Shown here one piece after another: positions 37,805-49,423 of a stretch of 64,000 bases of DNA (position 1 is the first letter of the stretch; each line of letters opens with the position of its first letter). The translations under genes and the position numbers were made by a program. Location: NCBI GenBank assembly GCA_020833005.1, contig JAJHRD010000002.1:70287-134286 (forward strand), written 5' to 3'. The notes below the pieces were generated by a model. That model was not told the DNA's origin. It ran no database searches and saw nothing but the letters and a program-made list of their open reading frames with translations. Source of the stretch: Thermoproteota archaeon (GTDB lineage: Archaea; Thermoproteota; Methanomethylicia; Culexarchaeales; Culexarchaeaceae).

Positions 37805-40462
37805 ATGGAAAGCGTAGTTGAAACGTATAAAAAGATAAAATCATTACAATTTGGATTACTATCACCAGACGTTATTAGGAAAATGTCAGTTGCCATAATA
37901 TCCACACCAGACACTTACGATGAAGATGGATGGCCCATAGATGGAGGATTAATGGATAGAAGACTTGGAACCATAGAGCCAAGTCAGAAATGTGCCACAT
38001 GTGGCAATAGAATGGGAGAATGCCCAGGACACTTTGGACATATAGAATTGGCGAGACCAGTAATACATGTTGGATTCGCAAAAATAATACATCAATTGTT
38101 AAGAGCAACATGTAGAAGATGTGGCAGAATACTCTTAACACAAGAGGAAATAAACAATTATAAAAGGATAATCAATGAATACTCAAAACGCTGGCCTGAA
38201 TTGCTAGATGACCTCTATAGAAAGATACTTTCCAAATGCCTCAAGGCGAAGGAATGCCCACATTGCAATGAAGTACAATACAAGATAAAACTGGAAAAGC
38301 CAACAACATACTATGAAGAAACGAAAGAGGGAGTAGTGAGATTATCCCCAATAGAGATAAGAGCAAGACTTGAAAGAATACCAGATGAAGATCTAACCCT
38401 ACTGGGAATAGACCCAAAGAATGCAAGACCAGAATGGATGGTATTAACAGTGCTACCAGTTCCACCAATAGCTGTAAGACCATCAATAACACTGGAATCT
38501 GGAGTTAGATCAGAAGACGATTTAACACATAAATTAGTGGATATTGTACGTATAAATGAACGTTTAAAAGAAAACATAGATGCAGGAGCCCCGCAACTGA
38601 TAATCGAAGATTTATGGGAATTGCTACAGTATCATGTGAACACATACTTTGATAATGAAGTGTCAGGTATACCTCCAGCACGCCACAGATCCGGAAGACC
38701 TCTGAGAACACTAACCCAGAGATTGAAGGGGAAGGAGGGAAGATTTAGAAGTAACCTATCTGGAAAGAGAGTAGACTTTTCAGCTAGAACCGTAATATCA
38801 CCAGATCCAAACATAAGTATAAATGAAGTTGGTGTACCAGAAGAGGTGGCAAAAATACTAACAATACCAGAAAGAGTTACCCCCTGGAATATTGAAGAGT
38901 TAAGGAAACTTGTTTTAAATGGACCCTTCAAGCATCCTGGAGCAAATTACATAATTAGACCAGATGGTAGAAGAATAGATTTGAGATATCCGAAGGATTT
39001 AAGCGCCATAGCAAACAATCTGGCACCAGGATACATAGTTGAAAGACACATTAGAGATGGAGATATAGTGATATTCAATCGCCAACCATCTCTACATAGA
39101 ATGTCGATAATGGCCCATAGGGTAAAAGTTTTGCCATACAAGACGTTTAGGTTAAATCTATGCGTGTGCCCACCATACAATGCAGATTTTGATGGAGACG
39201 AAATGAACCTACACGTACCACAGAGCGAAGAAGCAAGAGCTGAAGCAGCAATACTCATGCTAGTACAAGAACAGATACTATCACCAAGATATGGAGGCCC
39301 AATCATGGGTGCACTGCAAGACTACATAACGGGAGCGTACATGTTAACAAGGAGAGAAACTTTGCTAAATAAAGAAGAAGTCTGCAAATTACTATATGCT
39401 GCAGGATACGATGGCCCACTACCCCCACCAATAATTAAAGAACCAAAGGAAATGTGGTCTGGAAAACAAATTGTAAGCCTATTCTTACCCCCAGACTTAA
39501 ACTTTGAAAAGAAGGCAAACATATGCAATAAGTGTGATGAATGTAAGAAGGAGAAATGTCCATACGATGCATATGTAGTTATAAGGAATGGAAAATTAAT
39601 TTCAGGAGTCTTTGATAAAAAGATAATAGGTGCAGGACAACCGGAAAGCTTACTTCATGAAATCATCAAAAGATATGGTTCAGAAGCCGCTAAAAAGTTC
39701 ATGGACCAAGTTTTCAAACTCTTCCTAGCATACATAGATATGCATGGATTCACTATAAAGCTTGATGATCAAAGCATACCAATTGAAGCTAGGGAAACCA
39801 TAAAGAGTGTACTTAAAAAGGCTGAGGAAGAATCGAAGGAGATTATAAGGGCATACAAGGAGGGAGAGTTGCAGAGACTGCCAGGAAGAACACTTGAAGA
39901 GACATTCGAAATGAAAATGATGGAAGTATTAAGTAATGCAAGAGATACTGCTGGGAAAATAGCTGCAGAATATCTAGGTTTAAACAATAGTGCCGTAATA
40001 ATGGCGAAAACGGGTGCTAGAGGGAACATACTTAACCTAACACAAATGGCAGCCGTCATAGGACAACAATCAGTAAGAGGCGAAAGGATATCACGCGGAT
40101 ATAACAATAGGACACTACCACACTTCAAATGGGGGGATATGGGTGCAGCTGCAAAGGGATTTGTTTACAACTCCTATAAAACAGGATTAAACCCACTGGA
40201 ATTCTTCTTCCACAGCATGGGTGGAAGAGAGGGACTTGTGGACACAGCAGTAAGAACATCGCAAAGCGGGTATATGCAGAGGAGACTTATGAATGCACTA
40301 CAAGATCTAAAAGTAGAATATGATGGAACTGTAAGAAATGCAAGTGGGAAGATAATTCAATTCACATATGGAGAAGATGGGGTGCACCCAGCAAAAAGCT
40401 ATCATGGTAAAGCTGTAGACATTGACAAAATAATAAAAGAAGTTTTAATGGAGGGGAGTTAA
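37805..40462 (+). CDS. rpoA1: RNA polymerase subunit A'
   Basis: 885 aa. Zinc motifs [17 protein letters not shown], the catalytic [10 protein letters not shown], and the bridge-helix region. Confidence 0.95.
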   Translation: MESVVETYKKIKSLQFGLLSPDVIRKMSVAIISTPDTYDEDGWPIDGGLMDRRLGTIEPSQKCATCGNRMGECPGHFGHIELARPVIHVGFAKIIHQLLRATCRRCGRILLTQEEINNYKRIINEYSKRWPELLDDLYRKILSKCLKAKECPHCNEVQYKIKLEKPTTYYEETKEGVVRLSPIEIRARLERIPDEDLTLLGIDPKNARPEWMVLTVLPVPPIAVRPSITLESGVRSEDDLTHKLVDIVRINERLKENIDAGAPQLIIEDLWELLQYHVNTYFDNEVSGIPPARHRSGRPLRTLTQRLKGKEGRFRSNLSGKRVDFSARTVISPDPNISINEVGVPEEVAKILTIPERVTPWNIEELRKLVLNGPFKHPGANYIIRPDGRRIDLRYPKDLSAIANNLAPGYIVERHIRDGDIVIFNRQPSLHRMSIMAHRVKVLPYKTFRLNLCVCPPYNADFDGDEMNLHVPQSEEARAEAAILMLVQEQILSPRYGGPIMGALQDYITGAYMLTRRETLLNKEEVCKLLYAAGYDGPLPPPIIKEPKEMWSGKQIVSLFLPPDLNFEKKANICNKCDECKKEKCPYDAYVVIRNGKLISGVFDKKIIGAGQPESLLHEIIKRYGSEAAKKFMDQVFKLFLAYIDMHGFTIKLDDQSIPIEARETIKSVLKKAEEESKEIIRAYKEGELQRLPGRTLEETFEMKMMEVLSNARDTAGKIAAEYLGLNNSAVIMAKTGARGNILNLTQMAAVIGQQSVRGERISRGYNNRTLPHFKWGDMGAAAKGFVYNSYKTGLNPLEFFFHSMGGREGLVDTAVRTSQSGYMQRRLMNALQDLKVEYDGTVRNASGKIIQFTYGEDGVHPAKSYHGKAVDIDKIIKEVLMEGS

Positions 40463-41641
40463 ATGGAAACATTAACTAAAGAAGAAATATTTAAAGAGAT
40501 AGATAAATTAAGCAACATACTTCCAGTATCAATAATTGAAGAATTAAAAGTAAAGCTTCAAAACATCAAACTCACAAAGGAAACTTTAAAAAAGATATTA
40601 GATAGGGTTGTAAACGAATATCTCAATTCACTTGTAGAACCAGGAGAACCCGTAGGGGCGGTGGCAGCACAATCCGTAGGTGAACCAAGCACACAAATGA
40701 CCCTCAGAACATTCCACTATGCAGGAGTCAGAGAATTCAATGTAACATTAGGATTACCAAGATTAATAGAAGTATTAGATGCCAGAAGAAACCCATCAAC
40801 ACCAATGATGACAATATACCTAGATGAAGAACACAAGTATGATGAAGAGAAAGCAAAGGAAGTAGCGAGAATGATAGAAACGACATACATTGAAAACATC
40901 ATAAAGAATGTTGAAATAGATTTTGTATCTGCATCAATAACATTATTAATGGATTTAGAAGTAATGAGAGACAAAGGGATAGACATAGAAAACGTAGTCA
41001 ACGTCATTGAAAAAATGAATATAGGAGAAGTAGAGGTGCAAGGAGAAGACAAGATAATCATACATACGAACATATATGAAATAAATAGGTTACAGAAGAT
41101 AAAGAATAGGATAATGAGTACAAAGGTAAAGGGAGTAAAAGGGATAAATCGTGTAATAGTGAGAAAAGAAAAGAACGAATATGTGCTATACACTGAAGGA
41201 TCAAATTTAGCTGCAGTACTTAGGATAAAGGGGGTGGACGCAACTAGAGTTTACACAAACAATATACATGAAATAGAAGAAGTCTTGGGGATAGAGGCTG
41301 CGAGAAATGCCATAATAAAGGAAGCTATGGGAGTTTTAGAGGAACAAGGGTTAGATGTTGATATAAGACATGTAATGTTAATAGCAGACATGATGACTGC
41401 AGATGGAACAATTAAACAAATAGGTAGACATGGCGTAAGTGGGGAAAAACCAAGCGTATTAGCAAGAGCAGCATTCGAAGTAACAATTAACCATCTACTT
41501 GAGGCAAGTGTACGCGGTGAAAAAGACGAACTACTTGGAGTCACGGAAAACGTAATAGTTGGACAAATAGTACCAGTAGGTACTGGGATAGTTCAAATGC
41601 TTATGACTATGAGAAGTGCAAAAAATGAAGGGAAAAATTAA
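40463..41641 (+). CDS. rpoA2: RNA polymerase subunit A''
   Basis: 392 aa. Trigger-loop region of the Rpb1 C-terminal part. Starts 1 nt after the rpoA1 stop. Confidence 0.95.
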   Translation: METLTKEEIFKEIDKLSNILPVSIIEELKVKLQNIKLTKETLKKILDRVVNEYLNSLVEPGEPVGAVAAQSVGEPSTQMTLRTFHYAGVREFNVTLGLPRLIEVLDARRNPSTPMMTIYLDEEHKYDEEKAKEVARMIETTYIENIIKNVEIDFVSASITLLMDLEVMRDKGIDIENVVNVIEKMNIGEVEVQGEDKIIIHTNIYEINRLQKIKNRIMSTKVKGVKGINRVIVRKEKNEYVLYTEGSNLAAVLRIKGVDATRVYTNNIHEIEEVLGIEAARNAIIKEAMGVLEEQGLDVDIRHVMLIADMMTADGTIKQIGRHGVSGEKPSVLARAAFEVTINHLLEASVRGEKDELLGVTENVIVGQIVPVGTGIVQMLMTMRSAKNEGKN

Positions 41642-41707
41642 ATTAACCCTTATGCATTTTAAATATGAAGCCAAAAGTGAACTTGAAGTGCTTGGACGTG
41701 AGAAGCA

Positions 41708-42031
41708 ATGTCAATAAAAATAGAAAAAGAACTTCAAGTAATAGCTAAAACGGGAAAAATGGTGTTTGGATCAAAAAGCGCTATAAAGAATGCCAAACTT
41801 GGAAAGGCAAAAATGATAATAATTTCATCAACAATACCAGAAGACATAAAAGCTGACATACAATACTACTCAAAGCTTTCACGCATACCAGTAATTGAAT
41901 TCAAAGGATCAAGCTGGGATCTTGGAGCAGCATGCGGAAAACCATATATGATATCAGCAATATCAATACTTGACTTCGGAGAATCCGAAATACAAAAATT
42001 GGTGGAAGGTGATGCAAAATCCCAAGCATAA
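41708..42031 (+). CDS. rpl30e: Ribosomal protein L30e
   Basis: 107 aa. KTGKMVFGSKSAIKNAKLGKAKMIIISS. Confidence 0.9.
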   Translation: MSIKIEKELQVIAKTGKMVFGSKSAIKNAKLGKAKMIIISSTIPEDIKADIQYYSKLSRIPVIEFKGSSWDLGAACGKPYMISAISILDFGESEIQKLVEGDAKSQA

Positions 42032-42033
42032 AA

Positions 42034-42453
42034 TTGACAATAGATGAAATGAATTACATAGCATTATTCGAAAGCGTAACCGGAGCAGTCACAAAGGATT
42101 GCATAATAGATGAAAATAATGATAGGATTATATTCATAGTCAGACAAGGGGATATGGGACTAGCTATAGGCAAAGGAGGGATAAACGTAAAAAGGTTGAA
42201 AAACATATTGAATAAGAACATAGAAGTTGTTGAATATGCGGAAGACCCTGAAACCCTAATTAAACATGCCTTAGCACCAGCAAGGGTAAAAAGTGTAAAA
42301 ATCATGAAAACACCAGACGGCCAAAAGACGGCTTACGTAACAGTTGAACCTCAAGATAAAGGTATAGCCATTGGAAAAGATGGCAAAAATATTTTAAAAG
42401 CAAAATTAATTGCAAAAAGATACTTCGACATAGAGAAGATAGTTATGCTATAA
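42034..42453 (+). CDS. nusA: Transcription factor NusA-like (two KH domains)
   Basis: 139 aa with GLAIGKGGINVKRL and GIAIGKDGKNI KH motifs. Confidence 0.85.
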   Translation: MTIDEMNYIALFESVTGAVTKDCIIDENNDRIIFIVRQGDMGLAIGKGGINVKRLKNILNKNIEVVEYAEDPETLIKHALAPARVKSVKIMKTPDGQKTAYVTVEPQDKGIAIGKDGKNILKAKLIAKRYFDIEKIVML

Positions 42454-42488
42454 GGATTTATAAATTGTGTGGCAACATAATTTAATCC

Positions 42489-43211
42489 ATGAACAATAAT
42501 GCTAATTTCATATCTTCAAAAGCAATCTATAAAGATGTAATATTCGAAGGAAAATGTATAATTCTTGGACAAACAAAAATAGGATCCAACACTATTATAG
42601 GGGAGGGAAGCATAATAGGCTACCCTACAAAAGCCAGCATAAAGGAGCTAATTAAATTAAAAGAGGTAAGCTGGCTAAAATATGACGAGGTAAGTGTAGG
42701 TGCAATTATAGGTGAAAATAGCATAATACGTTCAGGGACAATAATATATGAGCATGTGAGCATCGGAGATAATTTTGAGGGAGGTCATGGAATATTAATA
42801 AGAGAAAATACAACTATAGGGAGAAACGTAAGAATAGGTACCAACACTGTGATAGATGGATATGTAAAAATAGGGAACAACGTAAATATACAAACAGCAG
42901 TATATATACCACCAAAATGTGTAATAGAAGACGATGTATTTATAGCACCAAGAGTTTGCTTTACTAATGATAAGTATCCACCAAGTAAAAGGTTATGTGG
43001 AGTTACCGTTAAAAGGGGGGCTGTTCTCGGAGCAAATTGCACATTAATTTCAGGAATAACTATAGGCGAAAATGCGGTGGTAGCTGCTGGAGCTGTTGTT
43101 ACAAAAGATGTGCCAAGTAACGTTGTTGTAGCAGGGGTACCTGCCAGAATTATTTCAACTAGGAAGGAATTCGATGATAAGAAGAGCATGTGGGAAATTG
43201 AATTTACCTAA
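42489..43211 (+). CDS. Hexapeptide-repeat (left-handed beta-helix) acyltransferase
   Basis: 240 aa with repeated [LIV]-G-x-x-x-x-[LIV] hexads ([22 protein letters not shown]...[19 protein letters not shown]), as in sugar/amino-group N-acetyltransferases. Confidence 0.7.
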   Translation: MNNNANFISSKAIYKDVIFEGKCIILGQTKIGSNTIIGEGSIIGYPTKASIKELIKLKEVSWLKYDEVSVGAIIGENSIIRSGTIIYEHVSIGDNFEGGHGILIRENTTIGRNVRIGTNTVIDGYVKIGNNVNIQTAVYIPPKCVIEDDVFIAPRVCFTNDKYPPSKRLCGVTVKRGAVLGANCTLISGITIGENAVVAAGAVVTKDVPSNVVVAGVPARIISTRKEFDDKKSMWEIEFT

Positions 43212-43644
43212 CAGGCTTTTGTTTCTTACCTTTCAATAGCGCATCTAAGGATACTCCATTAACCTTTATAACCTTATATCTAACTCCGGGAAGATCACCG
43301 TAAGCCTTCCCCATAGACCCACCTATACCCTCTATAATTACTTCATCGTGCTCTTCAATGAAATTGAGCGACCCATCCTTAGGTAAGAAGGCTGTTACTT
43401 GCTTACCATTCTTTATAAGTTGAACTCTAACGCACTTCCTAACAGCAGAGTTCGGCTGTCTACTCTCTATACCAACCTTTTCAATTACTATCCCCCTAGC
43501 TTGAGGAGCTCCTTCCAGGGGATCTGCTTTAATGTCGAGCATTAACATCCTTCTCTTGTAGTCTCTCTGCTTCCACCTGAACTTTTTCCTCTTAGCCTTA
43601 AGCTTTCTTGCAGCATATAGTCCACGAGGGGATTTTGAACCCAA
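43204..43644 (-). CDS. rps12: Ribosomal protein S12, on the strand opposite to the rest of the cluster
   Basis: 146 aa. [28 protein letters not shown]...[14 protein letters not shown]. Confidence 0.9.
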   Translation of the reverse strand: MGSKSPRGLYAARKLKAKRKKFRWKQRDYKRRMLMLDIKADPLEGAPQARGIVIEKVGIESRQPNSAVRKCVRVQLIKNGKQVTAFLPKDGSLNFIEEHDEVIIEGIGGSMGKAYGDLPGVRYKVIKVNGVSLDALLKGKKQKPVR

Positions 43645-43739
43645 GATCCCACCTTAAATAACACAACTTTAAATTAATTCACGGAATCTTGCATTTAAAT
43701 ATTTTTCTTAGTGTAAAAAGTGATGTTAGGATTGTTTTA

Positions 43740-44699
43740 TTAAACGTTTTCACATCTATCCTTCAGGTCCTCCCAAACTGCATCCACATATTCCTGCAAC
43801 TTCTTTATTACCCATTGATTTTGTGGAGTGAATAGATGACTGAATCTACCTTGAACTTTAAGGAATTCCTCTATTGGCTTCTTCATTTCTGGATTTTTAG
43901 CTATCATTAAGCTTCTATCAGTTAACCTATATACACCATTATCATACTCCCATAGTGGGAAGTAACATGTTTCAACAGCTTTTCTGCAAATATCAATGGT
44001 TAAAGCCTCGCTATGCCTCCATCCTCTTGGGCATGGTGATAATGCATGTATAAATGTTGGACCATTAACTTCAAGAGCTTTCCTAGCCTTCCTAATTAGA
44101 TCTAGGTAATGTGCAGGAGTCGCTGTGGCAACATATGGCACCTTATGCGCAACAACTATATCTGCTATTGGCTTCTTATTTTCAGATTTACCTGGAATAA
44201 CCTTTCCAGCAGGCGTTGTGGTTGTCGATGCTCCAAGCGGTGTCCCCCCACTTCTCTGAATTCCAGTATTCATGTAAGCTTCATTATCGAGCAGAACATA
44301 TAGGAAATCATGCCCTCTTTCTAATGCCCCACTCAATGCTTGTATCCCTATATCGTAAGTTCCACCATCCCCTGCAAAGGCTATGACATCTATATGATCA
44401 TACTTGCTCCTCCCCTTCTCACGTAGAATTTTTGAGGCTGCTTCTATCCCAGAGGCCACGGCAGCAACGTTTTCAAAAGCCACATGAATCCAAGGAACAT
44501 TCCAAGATGTGTATGGGTAGATTGTGGTTGAAACCTCAAGACAACCTGTGGCTGTTGCCACTATAGTAGGCCCCCTAGTGGCGAGCAAAATTTGCTTAAC
44601 TATTATGGGCTCAGCGCATCCAGCACACAACCTATGACCTGAAAGCAACCCAAGAGGTTTCTTTGCAGCTTCCCTAATATTAAATCTGAATGTACTCAT
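43740..44699 (-). CDS. porB: 2-oxoacid:ferredoxin oxidoreductase, beta subunit (TPP-binding)
   Basis: 319 aa. GCAEPII...AFAGDGGTYDIG, which is the GDG TPP/Mg motif. Confidence 0.85.
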   Translation of the reverse strand: MSTFRFNIREAAKKPLGLLSGHRLCAGCAEPIIVKQILLATRGPTIVATATGCLEVSTTIYPYTSWNVPWIHVAFENVAAVASGIEAASKILREKGRSKYDHIDVIAFAGDGGTYDIGIQALSGALERGHDFLYVLLDNEAYMNTGIQRSGGTPLGASTTTTPAGKVIPGKSENKKPIADIVVAHKVPYVATATPAHYLDLIRKARKALEVNGPTFIHALSPCPRGWRHSEALTIDICRKAVETCYFPLWEYDNGVYRLTDRSLMIAKNPEMKKPIEEFLKVQGRFSHLFTPQNQWVIKKLQEYVDAVWEDLKDRCENV

Positions 44700-44700
44700 A

Positions 44701-45912
44701 TCACCTCACCCCCAAGAATTTGACTTCCCCACCTTCCAATTTTGGCAATTCCTCAAACATCTTTTCAATTAAAGCTGGCGGCGTATCTCTGCCTCCCAAG
44801 CCATATATGTAATTGACAATTTTAGGTTTCCTTTTACTATTATAGAATGCTGCTAGAGTTTCAACGAAAACAGGACCTCCTATACCACCATAAGCTCCAC
44901 TTCTATCCATAACACCAATAACTTCAACATCCTTTAAAGCGTCAACAATCTCCCTGTACGGAAATGGTCTAAAAGTTCTGAGCCTAAGCACACCAACCTT
45001 CTTACCTCTACCTCTAAGTTTTTTAACAATACTTCTAACAGTACCAGCCGTAGACCCTAAAACTATAACTGCCAATTCAGCATCATCTAAACCATATCCA
45101 TCTATAAACCCATCACCATACCTTCTACCACTAATACCATAATATTCATCATGGATCTCTCTTATAACAGATCTAGACTTCTCCATAGCTTCATGTTGCT
45201 GAACTTTATGCTCAAAGTAGTAGTCATATAGATCCAGCGAACCAAATGTCAGTGGCTTCTCAGGATCTAAAACCATTGGAACCTTCCCCATCCCTGGAAC
45301 CTCTATCTCCACAGGCTTCCTCACACCAACGAATCTTCTCACAACATCATCCGGAAGCACCTCAACCCTCTGCAATGTATGACTAATCGTGAAACCATCT
45401 ATCGTCACCATCACTGGTAACTGAACATCCTCATGCTCAGCTATCCTGAAGGCTTGAATTATGGTATCGTAGGCTTCTTGAGCATCCTCACAGTACATCT
45501 GTATCCAGCAGGAATCCCTACATCCCATGCTATCACTATGATCACAATGTATATTTATTGGTGCAGACAACGCCCTATTAACGACAGCCATAACTATTGG
45601 AAGCCTAAGCCCAGAAGCTATATATAGTATTTCCCACATTAAAGCCAAACCCTGTGAAGATGTGGCTGTGAAAGTTCTTGCACCTAAAGCTGCAGCACCA
45701 ACGCAAACACTCAATGCTGAATGCTCAGATTCCACTGGAACGAAAGAGCATTTAACCTCACCATCAGCAACAAATTCCGAGAACCTTTCAACTATTATGG
45801 TTTGTGGAGTTATTGGATATGCTGACACAACATCAACATCACATTGCTTAACAGCGAAGGCTATAGCCTCATTACCATTAAGCCCCATAACAATCTTATC
45901 CATCACCCTCAC
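44701..45912 (-). CDS. porA: 2-oxoacid:ferredoxin oxidoreductase, alpha subunit
   Basis: 403 aa. Por-alpha pyrimidine-binding domain. The stop is 1 nt before the porB start. Confidence 0.85.
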   Translation of the reverse strand: MRVMDKIVMGLNGNEAIAFAVKQCDVDVVSAYPITPQTIIVERFSEFVADGEVKCSFVPVESEHSALSVCVGAAALGARTFTATSSQGLALMWEILYIASGLRLPIVMAVVNRALSAPINIHCDHSDSMGCRDSCWIQMYCEDAQEAYDTIIQAFRIAEHEDVQLPVMVTIDGFTISHTLQRVEVLPDDVVRRFVGVRKPVEIEVPGMGKVPMVLDPEKPLTFGSLDLYDYYFEHKVQQHEAMEKSRSVIREIHDEYYGISGRRYGDGFIDGYGLDDAELAVIVLGSTAGTVRSIVKKLRGRGKKVGVLRLRTFRPFPYREIVDALKDVEVIGVMDRSGAYGGIGGPVFVETLAAFYNSKRKPKIVNYIYGLGGRDTPPALIEKMFEELPKLEGGEVKFLGVR

Positions 45913-46220
45913 CCTCTCACCATACTAATACATTTAACTGGGCATTCATTGGCACATATACCGCACCCCTTACAATAATCATGTTTCTCACGGACTCTCT
46001 CACCATCCCATTCCATAGCCATATCTGGGCAAAGGATCCAGCATATTAAACACTTAGTACACTTAGTTTGATCTATCTTCGGTTTAAATGGAGACCAATC
46101 TCCAGTTTTATTTTCAATGGAAAGCTTCCAAGCAACCCCACCTATGGGTATTTCCCTCCAACTCTTAAGTTCACTCAACTCCACCCACCCCCCTAGTCTC
46201 AGAATAAGCTCTCTCCACAA
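45909..46220 (-). CDS. porD: 2-oxoacid:ferredoxin oxidoreductase, delta subunit (2x[4Fe-4S] ferredoxin)
   Basis: 103 aa. CTKCLICWILCP and CKGCGICANECP. Confidence 0.8.
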   Translation of the reverse strand: MWRELILRLGGWVELSELKSWREIPIGGVAWKLSIENKTGDWSPFKPKIDQTKCTKCLICWILCPDMAMEWDGERVREKHDYCKGCGICANECPVKCISMVRG

Positions 46221-46737
46221 CTTTAATATTCAATTCAGCAACTTTAGCTGGAAACCTCTCCCTTAAAACCTCTTTAACACTATCTAAACTTACAATCCTA
46301 ACAACTCTAAGGAGACCACCAATCATGGCAGTATTGGTTATTGGTCTCCCCAGAATTTCCAAGGCTATCTCAGTGGCTGGAGTCGTATAAACAGTCTGTC
46401 TACCAGATATCCTCAACATTTTGAGGATATTTTTAGGATCCTCCTTTGAATTAACTATAACCTTCCCCTCACTTTTCAACCCCTCAGTTACATTCAATGA
46501 TTGCAATAAGGAATCATCTAAGACTATGACTACGTCAGGCTCGTAGATATTGCAGTGCAACTCAATAGGCTCATCACTAATCCTTGTGAATGCCATTACA
46601 GGAGCACCCATCCTCTCAGGACCAAATGTTGGAAAGGACTGCACATACTTCCCCTCCTTCAAAGCTGCTTGAGCAAGTATGTTACTTGCAGTCCAAGCGC
46701 CCTGTCCACCCCTACCATACCATACCAGCTCCAACAT
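46171..46737 (-). CDS. porG: 2-oxoacid:ferredoxin oxidoreductase, gamma subunit
   Basis: Start at the ATG at 46737 (MLELVWYGRGGQGAWTASNILAQAA). The longer ORF adds a hydrophobic non-homologous extension. Confidence 0.8.
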   Translation of the reverse strand: MLELVWYGRGGQGAWTASNILAQAALKEGKYVQSFPTFGPERMGAPVMAFTRISDEPIELHCNIYEPDVVIVLDDSLLQSLNVTEGLKSEGKVIVNSKEDPKNILKMLRISGRQTVYTTPATEIALEILGRPITNTAMIGGLLRVVRIVSLDSVKEVLRERFPAKVAELNIKVVERAYSETRGVGGVE

Positions 46738-46898
46738 ACCCCTCACACGTAAGTCATGTAAAAACTTATAAGGTGGATTAACATAAACCTTTTTATTCCC
46801 AATACATAAATAGAATAACAATATTAAACAACTGAAGGTACTGACAAAATTTAAATTATAGTTCACACCCTTTTTCATGATGAAAAAGTGGTGGAAAA

Positions 46899-47477
46899 TT
46901 GAGTGCGCAACAAACGGAGATAAAGCTCTTCGACAAGTGGAGTTTCCATGATGTAGAAGTTAAAGATCCAGGGCTGAGAAGGTACATATGTTTAAAGCCA
47001 GTCTACATTCCACATACTGGAGGTAGGCATGAGCATAAGAAATTCGGAAAAGCAGAAGTACCGATAGTTGAAAGATTAATAAATAAATTGATGAGGCCGG
47101 GTAAGAATATGGGTAAGAAGCATCTTGCAACAAACATAGTTAAACAAGCCTTTGAAATAATACATTTAAGCACAGGTGAAAATCCAATACAAGTACTGGT
47201 TAGAGCTATAGAGAATTCAGCTCCAAGAGAAGAGACCACCAGAATAATGTATGGTGGAATAGTTTACCATCAATCAGTGGATGTATCACCACTCAGAAGA
47301 CTAAACTTAGCATTAAAGTTCATAACTGAAGGTGCGAGAAGCGCGGCTTTTGGAAACCCAAAAAGCATAGAAGAAGCTTTGGCTGAAGAGATTATAAAGG
47401 CAGCAAAATCAGATCCATCATCATACGCTATACAGAAGAAGGAGGAAATAGAAAGGATAGCTTTAGCTTCAAGGTAA
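46899..47477 (+). CDS. rps7: Ribosomal protein S7
   Basis: 192 aa. [16 protein letters not shown]... and the general S7 profile. TTG start. Confidence 0.9.
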   Translation: MSAQQTEIKLFDKWSFHDVEVKDPGLRRYICLKPVYIPHTGGRHEHKKFGKAEVPIVERLINKLMRPGKNMGKKHLATNIVKQAFEIIHLSTGENPIQVLVRAIENSAPREETTRIMYGGIVYHQSVDVSPLRRLNLALKFITEGARSAAFGNPKSIEEALAEEIIKAAKSDPSSYAIQKKEEIERIALASR

Positions 47478-47548
47478 ACTTAATTTAAGACCACAAAAAA
47501 CTTAAATATGAAAGTAATTCACTAATTTGCGAGAGAGGAGATTGTAAT

Positions 47549-48844
47549 ATGTCTGAAAAGCCACATCTAAACATTGTGGTAATAGGTCATGTAGACCACG
47601 GTAAAAGCACAACAATGGGACACCTACTATACCTAACGGGAAACATAGATGAACGTACAATGAAGACTTTAGAAGAAGAATCTGAAAAGATGGGTAAAGG
47701 ATCCTTCAAATTCGCATGGGTCATGGATAAATTGAAGGAAGAGAGGGAGAGGGGATTAACAATAGACTTATCCTTCTGGAGATTTGAAACGCCAAAATAC
47801 TACTTCACAATAATCGATGCCCCAGGACATAGAGACTTCGTAAAAAACATGATAACAGGAGCTTCACAAGCAGATGCAGCTATACTAGTGGTATCAGCTA
47901 AGAAAGGGGAGTACGAAGCAGGCATGGGCGCAGCAGGACAAACAAGAGAACATGCATTCCTAGCAAAAACGCTAGGTATAGATCAGCTCGTTGTAGCAAT
48001 AAACAAAATGGATGACCCAACAGTAAACTACAGTAAAGAAAGGTACGAAGAGGTTAAGACTGGAGTAGGTAAATTCCTAAGAATGATAGGATATGATATA
48101 AACAAAATCGATTTCATACCAATATCCGGATGGTATGGAGACAACTTGGTAACAAGAAGTGATAAAATGCCCTGGTATAACGGACCAACACTAGTAGAAG
48201 CATTGGACAAACTCACAGAACCCCCAAGACCAATAGACAAACCATTAAGAATACCAGTACAAGACGTTTACACGATTTCAGGTGTTGGAACAGTACCAGT
48301 AGGCCGCGTTGAAACTGGAGTATTAAAAGTTGGAGACACCGTACTATTCCTACCAGCCAAGAAGAGTGGTGAAGTTAGAAGTATAGAGATGCATCACCAA
48401 CCACTACAAAAGGCAATACCGGGAGACAACATTGGATTCAACGTGAGAGGTATATCAAAGGAGGATATAAGGAGGGGGCATGTATGCTGCCACCCCACAA
48501 ACCCAGTTAAAGTTGCTAAATCATTCATTGGAAGAATATTTGTGTTATACCATCCAACAGCCATAGCCGCAGGGTACACACCAGTCCTACACATACACAC
48601 AGCAACCGTGGCTGTGAGATTCGATCAACTACTAAAGAAGATAGATCCAAGATCTGGTGCAACAATAGAGGAAAATCCATCATTCCTAAAGCAAGGTGAT
48701 GCAGCGATAGTTAAATTCGTACCACTAAAACCAGTATGCATGGAGAAGTATGCAGATATCCCACAACTAGGTAGATTTGCCATAAGAGATATGGGAAGAA
48801 CAATAGCTGCAGGAATAGTAATGGATATAGAAGAAGAGAAGTAA
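47549..48844 (+). CDS. tuf: Elongation factor 1-alpha
   Basis: 431 aa. GHVDHGKST, DAPGH and NKMD. Confidence 0.95.
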   Translation: MSEKPHLNIVVIGHVDHGKSTTMGHLLYLTGNIDERTMKTLEEESEKMGKGSFKFAWVMDKLKEERERGLTIDLSFWRFETPKYYFTIIDAPGHRDFVKNMITGASQADAAILVVSAKKGEYEAGMGAAGQTREHAFLAKTLGIDQLVVAINKMDDPTVNYSKERYEEVKTGVGKFLRMIGYDINKIDFIPISGWYGDNLVTRSDKMPWYNGPTLVEALDKLTEPPRPIDKPLRIPVQDVYTISGVGTVPVGRVETGVLKVGDTVLFLPAKKSGEVRSIEMHHQPLQKAIPGDNIGFNVRGISKEDIRRGHVCCHPTNPVKVAKSFIGRIFVLYHPTAIAAGYTPVLHIHTATVAVRFDQLLKKIDPRSGATIEENPSFLKQGDAAIVKFVPLKPVCMEKYADIPQLGRFAIRDMGRTIAAGIVMDIEEEK

Positions 48845-48866
48845 ACGAAGATAACCAGCGAAATAG

Positions 48867-49184
48867 GTGAAGAAATTGGTTAGAAAAGCGAGGATAAAGC
48901 TTTCCAGCACCAATCACCAAAAATTGATGGAAGTATGTGAGGAAATAAAGAGGATTGCAAAAACCACGGGAGTAAGAATAGCTGGACCAATACCATTACC
49001 AACCAAGAGACTAGTAATACCAGTAATGAGAACTCCCTGCGGAGATGGAACAAAAACTTGGGACAAATATGAAATGAGAATACATAAAAGGATAATAGAT
49101 ATAGATGCCGATGAGAGGACAATGCGCCAAATAATGAGGATAAGAGTTCCACCCGAAGTCAAAATAGAGATTGAATTGACATAA
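48867..49184 (+). CDS. rps10: Ribosomal protein S10
   Basis: 105 aa. [41 protein letters not shown] start. Confidence 0.9.
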   Translation: MKKLVRKARIKLSSTNHQKLMEVCEEIKRIAKTTGVRIAGPIPLPTKRLVIPVMRTPCGDGTKTWDKYEMRIHKRIIDIDADERTMRQIMRIRVPPEVKIEIELT

Positions 49185-49263
49185 ATTACGAGGAAATATA
49201 CCCATACCCCCTTTTTTAATTTTGAATACTTTATTTTGTTAAGGGTTAAATAAAGCATTATGA

Positions 49264-49363
49264 CGCCGGGGGCGGGATTCGAACCCGCGCGGCCTCAAAG
49301 GCCATCGGCTTTTCGCGGAAGACTTAGCAAGCCGACGCCCTAACCAGACTAGGCGACCCCGGC
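49264..49363 (-). tRNA. tRNA-Ser (anticodon GCT) with a 14-nt intron
   Basis: Reverse complement: GCCGGGG acceptor, D stem GCCT/GGGC, anticodon stem TCGGC/GCCGA with loop TTGCTAA interrupted by GTCTTCCGCGAAAA, long GGCC-TTTGA-GGCC variable arm, T arm GCGGG-TTCGAAT-CCCGC, discriminator G. Confidence 0.85.
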
Positions 49364-49423
49364 CCAAATATAGCTTTAAGAAAAGTTTCTTTTATCTGTT
49401 TCCTTCAAAATATGTGGAGATGT

